From Macrostomum hystrix (taxonomy: Eukaryota; Animalia; Platyhelminthes): 64,000 nt of DNA. The notes beneath the pieces are model-generated. The model saw only the letters and a list, made by a program, of their open reading frames with translations. It did no database searches and was not told the origin of the DNA. The DNA lies in NCBI GenBank assembly GCA_950097015.1, contig CATNEN010000026.1, forward strand, positions 1,302,001 through 1,366,000, read 5' to 3'. Each line of letters opens with the position of its first letter. Position 1 is the first letter of the stretch. The translations under genes and the position numbers were made by a program. Below, in pieces: positions 13,206-24,978 of this stretch.

Positions 13206-13869
13206 ATCCCAGTCGATATCACAGTCGCCTTACTTCCCCTTTAAAAAGAACGGCAAATACATTAATTTGCCCTTCGGCTCATTGTGTTTAGGCGTGAGTT
13301 TTACGACTCAAACCAGACAAAGCTTCGCAGCGGTGATGCTTTGAGTTCCTTCTGAAAAAAAGTGTTCCGCGTACACCCAACAGCGACCATTGTGCCCGCA
13401 TGAATTTCAGGAGTTCAGCAGTTTTTTGTTGGAAAGCCTTTTTCATAATTAGCCTTGGCTGGGTGGGATGTGCTGGGACTGGATCCCCCACCCTATGAAG
13501 GAGAAAAAGTATGTTTTAGTTCAATTCGTCTTAACTAACCATGAATACACGCTCGGTTGACTGGCAGTGTGTGTTTTTTCATTTTAATTATGCGTCTCAA
13601 TTTGGGCTGATTGACAACTGCCAAACGTTGTAGAGGCCGTTAAGTGTAATGAATCGCGCCTGAATGCATTCATAATTTGGCTAAATTTAGTTTAGGTCCC
13701 TAATTTTGTACTTGTCTGCTTGTATGCAACAATGTCTCACCGCTTATGAAACTATAACACCGGCATCAACTCCACTTGGAGCAGCACTTGTGAGCCCAAT
13801 GCCTCTTCAAGGAGTCATTGATAGCACCAATTTAGAAATGCAATACCTTCACTAAAAGAGAAGATAAGA

Positions 13870-14460
13870 GAAGAGGTGATGGGAGATGGGAGAAGAGGAA
13901 CTTGGAGATGGGGGAAGAGGAACTGGGAGATAGGAGAAGAGGAACTGGGAGATGGGAGAAGAGGAACTGGGAGATGGGAGAAGAGGAACTGGGAAATGGG
14001 AGAAGAGAAACTGGGAGATGGTAGAAGAGGAACTGGGAGATGGGGGAAGAGGAACTGGGAGATGGGGGAAGAGAAACTGGGAGATGGTAGAAGAGGAACT
14101 GGGAGATGGGGGAAGAGGAACTGGGAGATGGGGGAAGAGGAACTGGAAGATGGGGGAAGAGGAACTGGGAGATGGGGGAAGAGGAACTGGGAGATGGGGG
14201 AAGAGGAACTGGGAGATGGGGGAAGAGGAACTGGGAGATGGGGGAAGAGGAACTGGGAGATGGGAGAAGAGGAACTGGGAGATGGTAGATGAGGAACTGG
14301 GAGATGGTAGATGATGAACTGGGAGATGGGAGAATAGGAACTGGGAGATGGGGGAAGAGGAACTGGGAGATGGGGGAAGAGGAACTGGGTGTTGGGGGAA
14401 GAGGAACTGGGAGATGGTAGATGATGAACTGGGAGATGGGAGAAGAGGAACTGGGATATT
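13870..14460. repeat. Purine-rich array (GGAACTGGGAGATGGGGGAAGA)
   Basis: Direct inspection. Confidence 0.9.
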
Positions 14461-14899
14461 GAAGAGGGGAAGACTGTGTAATAGGAAAAGTGAAATGCGG
14501 TGTGAGCTGGCTGCCACTGTGTCCGCAATCGTGCCCTCCATTGTTGTCTCATCGATTCAAGCTCTGCTTTGGCATATTTCGAATAAATTTGTCCAGAATC
14601 CTCACTATGAATTGATTCAGGCACCTTATTAGAAAAGAGCTATTTCTAAGACCCAACGACCCCAGTCCTTACTAGATAGGATCTCAGCTGGAGGGCCAGC
14701 ATGAGAGCAGTCGTCTGACCTCCCTCCCCCTTGACGGAGGCGCCACTTGGGATTTGAAAAGATGGCCCCCAGTTGGTGAGGTCAAGCTACTTGTAAGAAC
14801 AGGCTTTTGAACTGAGTCATTTTCTGCCAATTGTTGAACACCGCATTGCTGCTGCTGCTGCTCGCTCACTGAGGGCTGATTAGGGCGAGAGTTGAAGCG

Positions 14900-15085
14900 C
14901 TTCCCATTGGGGACGCTTCGTCATTGGCTGTGGAGGGGGCACTCAGGGAGGGGCGATTGCTGCGGAGGCGGTTCTGCAGTTATTTAAATTTTCAGCGGCG
15001 TCTGCCGGTTCGCGGTTACTGCACCGTCGGCTGCCCTGACTGACCTTGGACCGGCGATTGATATCTTTATTGGCAGGCAATTTCG
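14900..15085 (+). promoter_or_regulatory. Candidate promoter and non-coding first exon of the neuropeptide gene
   Basis: Reverse CCAAT (ATTGG at 14906 and 14923), half-CRE CGTCA at 14919, GC-box-like GGGAGGGGCG at 14946, TATTTAAA at 14981, then strong donor CG|GTGAGT at 15086. Confidence 0.4.
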
Positions 15086-15184
15086 GTGAGTGCCAGATTG
15101 CATTGTGACGGAAAAATTTACACCTCTTTTATTTTCTGTCATAGAAACCTTTACAATTGGATTGTTGTGACTTCTACAGCTTTA

Positions 15185-15299
15185 CTGGATGAACCTAATA
15201 TAAATGAGTACCAAATGAATGTGGCCTCGCCGTGGAATCGAACTTTATAGGGACGTTGGCGCGAGAGGCGAACGCGTTAACCGCTCTGCCACCGACCCC
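15185..15299 (-). mobile_element. tRNA-derived SINE head
   Basis: A box TGGCAGAGCGG and B box GTTCGATTCC with tRNA-like spacing. No acceptor stem. Head sequence is shared with the elements at 28.4 kb and 55.7 kb. Confidence 0.65.
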
Positions 15300-15817
15300 C
15301 AGCCCGCTCTACTGTCTATGGTATTTTACGTTGCTGTCAGTTTGAACAATGTCCCATCACGCCACCAGCTTGCCATGCGGATTCAGTGACTTTCAAAACG
15401 CATGCAGCCAGTTTCCTGTGAATACCTTTCATTTCCGTCCATTAGGCAGTGCCACTGGCAGCTGTGGCCCACCTTGCGATTAACTTTGTCTAGATTGGCA
15501 CCAATTTGAAATGGCGTTTTTTTAGAGTCCGCCTGCCAATCATTCTTTGATTGGCATCGTCAGTTTGAGAAAGCGCCTTTTCCGACTCTAATGAGTCCTG
15601 AATGTCATGCGTCACTTGCGTGCTAGACTTGAGCATGGCAACAGAAAATGGCTTAATTAAGCTAAGCTGATAGATCGCGGAGGGAGATTGGATTGGCCCC
15701 ATCATTTGTTATAATTTCAGTATCTACTAAATACTCAAACTACCCGTTATTAACTGTTGCGGTTAATACGCATGCCTAGCAACGCGTTTTTTCTTCTAGA
15801 CCTGAATTTGTGATCCT

Positions 15818-16180
15818 CAGAGTGACAGGCAGTACACAGGAGAGTGACAGGCAGTACACAGGAGAGTGACAGGCAGTGCAATGGAGAGTGACAGGCAGTG
15901 CACAGGAGAGTGACAGGCAGAGTACTGGAGAGTGACAGGCAGTGCACAGGAGAGTGACAGGCAGGGCACTGGAGAGTGACAGGCATTGCACTGGAGAGTG
16001 ACAGTCTGTGCAATAGAGAGTGACAGGCAGTGTACTGGAGAGTGACAGGCAGTGCACAGGAGAGTGACAGGCAGTGTACTGGAGAGTGACAGGCAGTGCA
16101 CAGGAGAGTGACAGGCAGTGTACTGGAGAGTGACAGGCAGTGCACAGGAGAGTGACAGGCAGTGCAATGGAGAGTGACAG
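15818..16180. repeat. ~22-bp minisatellite (GAGAGTGACAGGCAGTGCACAG)
   Basis: Direct inspection. Confidence 0.9.
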
Positions 16181-16698
16181 CAGCTGAAGCGAGCAGTTGG
16201 GATGGACAAGAAAAAATATTTTTTCTAAGAGACAAACAATGGGTCCGCAATTAGCGAGGCCTAACAAAACTCCCTGGAACTAAGCTGGCCAACCGAGTGG
16301 AACGCGGCGTGGCCCTCCGTCCGTCTGAAAAATCACTTATTTATGAGCTACGGCTGTGCGGCGCAGCTCATGTTTGAGCAGCATTGAGTTGCAGTTGACT
16401 CTGAGACAATCGCTAAGGAGGCTTCACTCTGTTGGGCAGTCGAAACAACGGGAAGACACTGAAGAATTGGCCTAGAACAATGGTAGACCATTGTGAACAG
16501 CTTGTCTGGTAGCGATAATTAGCTTAATGACTGTTTTTAATTGCTTCTCAATCTTATGAAATCCAAGTCTATAAATAACTCGCCATTGACTTTCACATTT
16601 TCGTTTCTAGAGACATCAGCCGTTTTGCGTTCTGATCTTTATTAACGTCAACGCGTGGAAAAAAATCGATCAGCCTAAGAATCGCAGGAAACTGGAGA

Positions 16699-16773
16699 AT
16701 GAGACTCTGCGCCAAACTGCTACTGTGCTGGGCTGCCTGCCTGCTCTGCTGGGCTGCTCCTGTCAGCCTGCGG
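16699..16773 (+). CDS. Neuropeptide precursor coding exon 1: signal peptide MRLCAKLLLCWAACLLCWAAPVSLR
   Basis: Upstream acceptor TTTTCGTTTCTAG| at 16609, ATG at 16699, basic-hydrophobic-small-residue pattern. Donor CGG|GTGAGT, phase 0. Confidence 0.8.
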
Positions 16774-16789
16774 GTGAGTGCGGAGGGCG

Positions 16790-18115
16790 CGAGTGGGGAG
16801 GAGAGGAGAAGGGAAAGGGAAAAGGGGAGAAGGATATGAGAAAAGGGAAAAGGGGGGAAGGATAGGAGAAAAGGGAAAGGGGAGAAGGATAAGAGAAAAG
16901 GGGAAAGGGGAGAAGTGTAGGAGAAAAGGGAAAAGGGAGAAGCATATGAGAAAAGGGGAAAGGGGAGAAGGATAGGAGAAAAGGGAAAGGGGAGAAGGAT
17001 AAGAGAAAAGGGGAAAGGGGAGAAGGATAGGAGAAAAGGGAAAGGGGAGAAGGATAAGAGAAAAGGGGAAAGGGGAGAAGTGTAGGAGAAAAGGGAAAGG
17101 GGAGAAGGATAGGAGAAAAGGGACAGGGGAGAAGGATAAGAGAAAAGGGGAAAGGGGAGAAGTGTAGGAGAAAAGGGAAAAGGGAGAAGCATATGAGAAA
17201 AGGGGAAAGGGGAGAAGGATAGGAGAAAAGGGAAAGGGGAGAAGGATAAGAGAAAAGGGGAAAGGGGAGAAGGATAGGAGAAAAGGGAAAGGGGAGAAGG
17301 ATAAGAGAAAAGGGGAAAGGGGAGAAGTGTAGGAGAAAAGGGAAAGGGGAGAAGGATAGGAGAAAAGGGAAAGGGGAGAAGGATAAGAGAAAAGGGGAAA
17401 GGGGAGAAGGATAGGAGAAAAGGGAAAGGGGAGAAGGATAGGAGAAAAGGGAAAGGGGAGAAGGATAGAGAAAAGGGAAAGGGGAGAAGGATAGGAGAAA
17501 AGGGGAAAGGGGAGAAGGATAGGAGAAAAGGGGAAAGGGGAGAAGGATATGAGAAAAGGGAAAGGGGAGAAGGATAGGAGACAGGGGAAAGGGAAGAAGG
17601 ATAGGAGAAAATGGAAAGGGGAGAAGGATAGGAGAAAAGGGAAAGGGGAGAAGGATAGGAGAAAAGGGAAAGGGGAGAAAGATAGGAGAAAAGGGAAAGG
17701 GGAGAAAGATAGGAGAAAAGGGAAAGGGGAGAAGGATAGGAGAAAATGGAAAGGGGAGAAGGATAGGAGAAAAGGGAAAGGGGAGAAGGATAGGAGAAAA
17801 GGGAAAGGGGAGAAGGATAGGAGAAAAGGGAAAGGGGAGAAGGATAGGAGAAAAGGGAAAGGGGAGAAAGATAGGAGAAAAGGGAAAGGGGAGAAAGATA
17901 GGAGAAAAGGGAAAGGGGAGAAAGATAGGAGAAAAGGGAAAGGGGAGAAGGATAGGAGAAAATGGAAAGGGGAGAAGGATAGGAGAAAAGGGAAAGGGGA
18001 GAAGGATAGGAGAAAAGGGTAGAAGAAAGGCGAAGAGGGGGATAAAAGGGGAAGAGGACAGAAGGAAAGGAGAAGGGGGACGAGAGTGAAGTGGAAGGGA
18101 ACGGTAAGTAGGAGA
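16790..18115. repeat. Polypurine array (~27-28 bp, GGGGAGAAGGATAGGAGAAAAGGGAAA)
   Basis: Direct inspection. Source of the spurious F/P/L/S-rich minus-strand ORFs. Confidence 0.92.
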
Positions 18116-18549
18116 GGAATATAAACAAGAAAAATAGTCAAGAGTCAAGAGCCAAGGGCAGGGAGAATCAAACACTCGCGAGCGGTGACGCCAGGGTGCC
18201 GAGTGTGAGCGAGCAAGCGCCAAAGGTTTCTAACAGAGGAGTAAATAGATCCAGTGTCAGCCAGGCCTGTCTGTAATTTCTTATATCAATAAATCTCTAT
18301 AGTAAGAAGGACGCTAATTAATTGGCCTCTATCTAGGCCAGGATTCGCCTGTGTGTGATTAACCTTTTATTGAGAAATCCCCACTAGAACCAAGGTATCC
18401 CATTTCGCCAAGGTGGACATCATAACTCGTGTGTCTAATAAGAGGTTGGCCTATCAATGATACTTTTTCTATGAAACCTGAGGGATTATGATCCCAGAGA
18501 GCCGTAGGACTTCAAAGAAAGATAACAGAAAACTGTTCGACTTAAAATC

Positions 18550-20915
18550 CCAAAGAAGGATTATAGAGGCTAGGACGATTTGGATCCCAAAGAAGAATTA
18601 CGGAGGCTAGGAGGATTAGGATCCCAAAGAAGGATTATGAAAACTTGGAGGATTAGGATCCCAAAGAAGGATTATAGAAACTAGGAGGATTAGGATCCCA
18701 AAGAAGGATTATGGAAACTATTGGGATTAGGATCCCAAAGAAGGATTATAGAAACTATTGGGATTAGGATCCCAAAGAAGGATTATGAAAACTTGGATAA
18801 TTAGGATCCCAAAGAAGGATTATGCAAACTAGGAGGATTAGAATCCCAAAGAAGGATTATGAAAACTAGGAGGATTAGGATCCCAAAGAAGAATTACGGA
18901 ATCTAGGAGGATTAGGATCCCAAAGAAGGATTATGAAAACTAGGAGGATTAGGATCCCAAAGAAGGATTACGGAGGCTAGGAGGATTAGGATCCCAAAGA
19001 AGGATTATGGAATCTAGGAGGATTAGGATCCCAAAGAAGGATTACGGAGGCTAGGAGGATTAGGATCCCAAAGAAGGATTATGGAATCTAGGAGGATTAG
19101 GATCCCAAAGAAGGATTATGAAAACTTGGAGGATTAGGATCCCAAAGAAGGATTATGGAAAATTGGAGAATTAGGATCCCAAAGAAGGATTATGGAAACT
19201 TGGAGGATTAGGATCCCAAAGAAGGATTATGGAAACTAGGAGGATTAGGATCCCAAAGAAGGATTATAGAAACTAGGAGGATTAGGATCCCAAAGAAGGA
19301 TTATAGAAACTAGGAGGATTAGGATCCCAAAGAAGGATTATGAAAACTTGGAGGATTAGGATCCCAAAGAAGGATTATGAAAACTTGGAGGATTTGGATC
19401 CCAAAGAAGAATTATGAAAACTTGGAGGATTAGGATCCCAAAGAAGGATTATGCAAACTAGGAGGATTAGAATCCCAAAGAAGGATTATGAAAACTTGGA
19501 GGATTAGGATCCCAAAGAAGGATTATAGAAACTAGGAGGATTAGGATCCCAAATAAGGATTATGGAAACTAGGAGGATTAGGATCCCAAATAAGGATTAT
19601 GAAAACTTGGAGGATTAGGATCCCACAGAAGAATTCTAGAAAACTAGGAGGATTAGGATCCCAAATAAGGATTATGGAAACTAGGAGGATTAGGATCCCA
19701 AAGAAGGATTATGGAAACTTGGAGGATTAGGATCCCAAATAAGGATTATGGAAACTAGGAGGATTAGGATCCCAAAGAAGGATTATGGAAACTAGGAGGA
19801 TTAGGATCCCAAAGAAGGATTATGGAAACTAGGAGGATTAGAATCCCAAATAAGGATTATGAAAACTTGGAGGATTAGGATCCCACAGAAGAATTCTAGA
19901 AACTAGGAGGATTAGGATCCCAAATAAGGATTATGGAAACTAGGAGGATTAGGATCCCAAAGAAGGATTATGCAAACTAGGAGGATTAGAATCCCAAATA
20001 AGGATTATGAAAACTTGGAGGATTAGGATCCCACAGAAGAATTCTAGAAACTAGGAGGATTAGGATCCCAAATAAGGATTATGGAAACTAGGAGGATTAG
20101 GATCCCAAATAAGGATTATGGAAACTTGGAGGATTAGGATCCCAAATAAGGATTATGGAAACTAGGAGGATTAGGATCCCAAAGAAGGATTATGGAAACT
20201 AGGAGGATTAGGATCCCAAAGAAGGATTATGGAAACTTGGAGGATTAGGATCCCAAATAAGGATTATGGAAACTAGGAGGATTAGGATCCCAAAGAAGGA
20301 TTATGGAAACTAGGAGGATTAGGATCCCACAGAAGAATTCTAGAAACTAGGAGGATTAGGATCCCAAAGAAGGATTATGAAAACTTGGAGGATTAGGATC
20401 CCAAAGAAGGATTATGGAAACTTGGAGGATTAGGATCCCACAGAAGAATTCTAGAAACTAGGAGGATTAGGATCCCAAAGAAGGATTATGGAAACTCGGA
20501 GGATTAGAATCCCAAAGAAGGATTATGGAAACTCGGAGGATTAGGATCCCACAGAAGGATTATGGAAACTAGGAGGATTAGGATCCCACAGAAGGATTAT
20601 AGAAACTAGGAGGATTAGGATCCCAAAGAAGGATTATGGAAACTATTGGGATTAGGATCCTAAAGAAGGATTATGCAAACTAGGAGGATTAGAATCCCAA
20701 AGAAGGATTATGAAAACTATTGGGATTAGGATCCTAAAGAAGGATTATGCAAACTAGGAGGATTAGAATCCCAAAGAAGGATTATGAAAACTATTGGGAT
20801 TAGGATCCCAAAGAAGGATTATGAAAACTATTGGGATTAGGATCCCAAAGAAGGTTTATGAAAACTTGGATGATTAGAATCCCAAAGAAGGATTATGGAA
20901 AACTGAAGGGATTAG
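18550..20915. repeat. 38-39-bp minisatellite (AGGATTATGGAAACTAGGAGGATTAGGATCCCAAAGA)
   Basis: Direct inspection, about 60 units. Confidence 0.92.
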
Positions 20916-21454
20916 GATCGCAGATTTCTGAAATACATGTTTTCAGAAGTCTCGAAGTTTAGTCCTATTATAGAATGTTTAAAATTTCACCAGCCGTATA
21001 TATATTTTCTTGCACCCCACAAACTCTAGCAGTTCTAGAAAATCAATAATCCTAAATCCCAATATTGGAAAATCATTAGACCGTGCAGATCTGACCCGCA
21101 ATTATTTGTATCACACATTGGCAAAGCCCAGTTTGCATTCCCTTCTCAGCCCCCGCCTCAGTTCTCACGAGTTGTCAGTCCCAGTTGTGGCCTCTGGCCA
21201 ACCGAAGGTCGAAATTCAAGAGTCGAAGCATCCATGCCCAAACCTACTTCCCATCTTTCATGATCCCAATGCACTTTCACTTATCTTGTTCGCCGAGCTG
21301 ATAGTAGGAGTATCATCAAATTAAGACATAGTACCGGGTCTGCCGGTATACTAAACTAAATTCTAAATTCATTTATTTAGGAGAGAAACTCAATTCTCCA
21401 CGAGCTCTAAACTTTGAGATTCATTATCCGACTCCCACATTTTCCCTTTGGCAG

Positions 21455-22144
21455 AAACTCGAAGAAGCTAACTCGGAAAATCGGATCGATCGCCGTTTCG
21501 ACCCGCTGATCATGAAGCGATTCGACCCGCTGATCATGAAGCGATTCGACCCTCTGATCATGAAGCGATTCGACCCTCTGATCATGAAGCGATTTGACCC
21601 TCTGATCATGAAGCGATTTGACCCTCTGATCATGAAGCGATTCGACCCTCTGATCATGAAGCGATTCGACCCTCTGATCATGAAGCGATTTGACCCTCTG
21701 ATCATGAAGCGATTTGACCCTCTGATCATGAAGCGATTCGACCCGCTGATCATGAAGCGATTCGACCCTCTGATCATGAAGCGATTCGACCCTCTGATCA
21801 TGAAGCGATTTGACCCTCTGATCATGAAGCGATTTGACCCTCTGATCATGAAGCGATTTGACCCTCTGATCATGAAGCGATTCGACCCTCTGATCATGAA
21901 GCGATTTGACCCTCTGATCATGAAGCGATTTGACCCTCTGATCATGAAGCGATTTGACCCTCTGATCATGAAGCGATTCGACCCTCTGATCATGAAGCGA
22001 TTCGACCCTCTGATCATGAAGCGATTTGACCCTCTGATCATGAAGCGATTCGACCCTCTGATCATGAAGCGATTCGACCCGCTGATCATGAAGCGATTCG
22101 ACCCTCTGATCATGAAGCGATTCGACAGCTCAAAGGATGACTAA
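21455..22144 (+). CDS. Neuropeptide precursor coding exon 2: KLEEANSENRIDRR-(FDPLIM-KR)x26-FDSSKDD*
   Basis: Strong acceptor CATTTTCCCTTTGGCAG|AAA, phase 0. Dibasic sites flank every copy. Variation between 24-bp units is synonymous (TTC/TTT, CCG/CCT). AATAAA at 22328-22333. Confidence 0.88.
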   Translation, partial: KLEEANSENRIDRRFDPLIMKRFDPLIMKRFDPLIMKRFDPLIMKRFDPLIMKRFDPLIMKRFDPLIMKRFDPLIMKRFDPLIMKRFDPLIMKRFDPLIMKRFDPLIMKRFDPLIMKRFDPLIMKRFDPLIMKRFDPLIMKRFDPLIMKRFDPLIMKRFDPLIMKRFDPLIMKRFDPLIMKRFDPLIMKRFDPLIMKRFDPLIMKRFDPLIMKRFDPLIMKRFDSSKDD

Positions 22145-22429
22145 AACACAATTTCCGAAATCCGAAATCACCGCAATATCGTTTAAGAATGTCTTGATCT
22201 TCAGTTAATCTATCAGTCGGTGATGCAATTTAACCTTTAATATACTTTTAATGAGATTTTATTTCCATTTTTGTGAAAGAAAACTTGTTGTTCCCGACAT
22301 TATTACCAACCTTGATAACTGGAAGCAAATAAACGGCTTGAAAAGCTGGCAGAAAATGTTCTCAGAACTAACCTAGCTGGTTGCAACAAAACCCAAGGAA
22401 ATTAAACGTCATAATTTCGGATATTTAAA

Positions 22430-23470
22430 ACCACTGAATCCTATTTTGGGGTAGTTGATGCTACAGAATCTAATTTAGGGATATTTTGATTTTCAGAATC
22501 CCATTTTAGGATAATCGAAACTACATAATCCTATCTTAGGACAATTGACAATACAGAATCCCATTTCGGCATAACTGATACTACAGAATCCCATTTCGGC
22601 ATAATTTATACTACAGAATCCCATTTCGGCATAATTTATACTACAGAATCCCATTTCGGCATAATTTATACTACAGAATCCCATTTCGGCATAATTGATA
22701 CTACAGAATCCCATTTCGGCATAATTGATACTACAGAATCCCATTTCGGCATGATTGATACTACAGAATCCCATTTCGGCATAATTGATACTACAGAATC
22801 CCATTTTGGGATAATTGATACTACAGAATCCCATTTCGGCATGATTGATACTACAGAATCCCATTTCGGCATAATTTATACTACAGAATCCCATTTCGGC
22901 ATGATTGATACTACAGAATCCCATTTCGGCATAATTGATACTACAGAATCCCATTTCGGCATAATTTATACTACAGAATCCCATTTCGGCATAATTGATA
23001 CTACAGAATCCCATTTCGGCATGATTGATACTACAGAATCCCATTTCGGCAAATTTGATACTGCAGAATCCCATTTCGGCATAATTGATACTACAGAATC
23101 CCATTTTGGGATGATTGATACTGCAGAATCCCATTTCGGCATAATTGATACTGCAGAATCCCATTTTGGCATAATTGATACTGCAGAATCCCATTTTGGG
23201 ATGATTGATACTGCAGAATCCCATTTCGGCATAATTGATACTGCAGAATCCCATTTTGGGATGATTGATACTGCAGAATCCCATTTTGTGATAATTGATA
23301 CTGCAGAATCCCATTTCGGCATAATTGATACTGCAGAATCCCATTTCGGGATAATTGATACTACAGAATCCCATTGCGGCATATTTGATACTGCAGAATC
23401 CCATTTTGGGATAATTGATACTGCAGAATCCCATTTCGGGATAATTGATAGTACTGATTCCAATTTCGGA
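22430..23470. repeat. 30-bp minisatellite (CAGAATCCCATTTCGGCATAATTGATACTA)
   Basis: Direct inspection. Confidence 0.92.
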
Positions 23471-24149
23471 TATTTTAAACTTTATGAGGTGTTTTTTGCT
23501 TTAGATGACGTCTTCTAGATAAGTCATCAATCAATTATCCAATCAGTTAGTCTGAATGGGGAAACAAAACTAAAGGTTTGAAGATTTCCCTAAGGAGGTA
23601 CCCGATTTTTTTCTGTTGCTAGGTTGTCTCGAACCGAATAGCGGTAAAATAATGAATTATTAAAATACCGCAGGTTTCAATAACTGGTCTTGGAAACAAG
23701 CATGGAAAAAGCAAAAAATCACAAAAGCAGAAAAGAGTTTGCCTTTTCCAGCTGTCACTAATTGTACATATTCATTTTATTGATAGGAAATTCTACACTC
23801 TATAATGCGGTGAAGCAAAACTGGGCAAAGCATTCTTAGAAAGCCAAATTCTAAGAAACAGCTACATAAGAAATATGCCTTTTTGCCTATCGGTTTTTTT
23901 CTAACTTGTAAGTTGTGAAAAAACATACAACAAAGAACTCAAACTAAAAATGATATAAGAAAGTGAATATTTCATAATGCAGCAGTTTAGTATCGGAATA
24001 AAATAGGCAAACAAATGATAGTAAAACTGGTAACTACCTGGTAACTACCTGGTAACTACCTGGTAACTACCTGGTAACTACCTGGTAACTACCATGGCAT
24101 TCTGCTGTCTTGCGGTCGATCATCGGTAATTTTTTCAGCTAACTCTTTT

Positions 24150-24830
24150 AGGATATTTTAAACTACAGAATCCAAGTTTGGTATAATTGAAGCTGTAGAA
24201 TCCCATTTTTGGATACTTGAAGCTACAGAATCCAAGTTTGGTATAATTGAAGCTACAGAATCCCATTTTGGGATAATTGAAGCTGTAGAATCCAAGTTTG
24301 GTATAATAGAAGCTACAGAATCCCATTTTGGGATAATTGAAGCTGTAGAATCCAAGTTTGGTATAATTGAAGCTACAGAATCCCATTTTGGGATAATTGA
24401 AGCTGTAGAGTCCCATTTTGGTATAATTGAAGCTGTAGAATCCCATTTTTGGATACTTGAAGCTACAGAATCCAAGTTTGGTATAATTGAAGCTACAGAA
24501 TCCCATTTTGGGATAATTGAAGCTGTAGAATCCAAGTTTGGTATAATTGAAGCTACAGAATCCCATTTTGGGATAATTGAAGCTGTAGAATCCCATTTTT
24601 GGATACTTGAAGCTACAGAATCCAAGTTTGGTATAATTGAAGCTACAGAATCCCATTTTGGGATAATTGAAGCTGTAGAATCCAAGTTTGGTATAATTGA
24701 AGCTACAGAATCCCATTTTGGTATAATTGAAGCTGTAGAATCCCATTTTTGGATACTTGAAGCTACAGAATCCAAGTTTGGTATAATTGAAGCTACAGAA
24801 TCCCATTTTGGGATAGTTAAAAAATAGAAA
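24150..24830. repeat. Related 30-bp minisatellite (CAGAATCCCATTTTGGGATAATTGAAGCTA)
   Basis: Direct inspection. Confidence 0.92.
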
Positions 24831-24978
24831 AAATCCCATGCGATAATGAAAGCAATCTGGGAATAAATCCCTATCTAGTGGATATTTCCAGTGACCCGCA
24901 ATGCCGCATCTGAAATCTAGAGCACTAACTAAAAAGGGAATCCATTTCAAGCCGCTAAAAGTCAACTGTAAAAGCAAG

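Noticed and set aside
14684-15070. Minus-strand Gln-containing ORF fragments as a pseudogene
   Set aside because: All frames are interrupted and there is no recognisable homology; the plus-strand promoter reading explains the GC content equally well.
15220-15299. Functional tRNA gene
   Set aside because: A and B boxes are present but the acceptor stem does not pair; the sequence is shared with SINE-like repeats.
16593-18223. 470-510-aa F/P/L/S-rich minus-strand ORFs
   Set aside because: The polypyrimidine strand lacks stop codons by composition; all three frames are open.
18145-18225. Possible 27-aa in-frame cassette exon of the neuropeptide gene
   Set aside because: Phase-compatible, but the acceptor has no pyrimidine tract and the donor is weak; not needed for the model.
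21010-21324. 104-aa ORF upstream of the peptide exon
   Set aside because: No recognisable similarity and no convincing donor; treated as intron.
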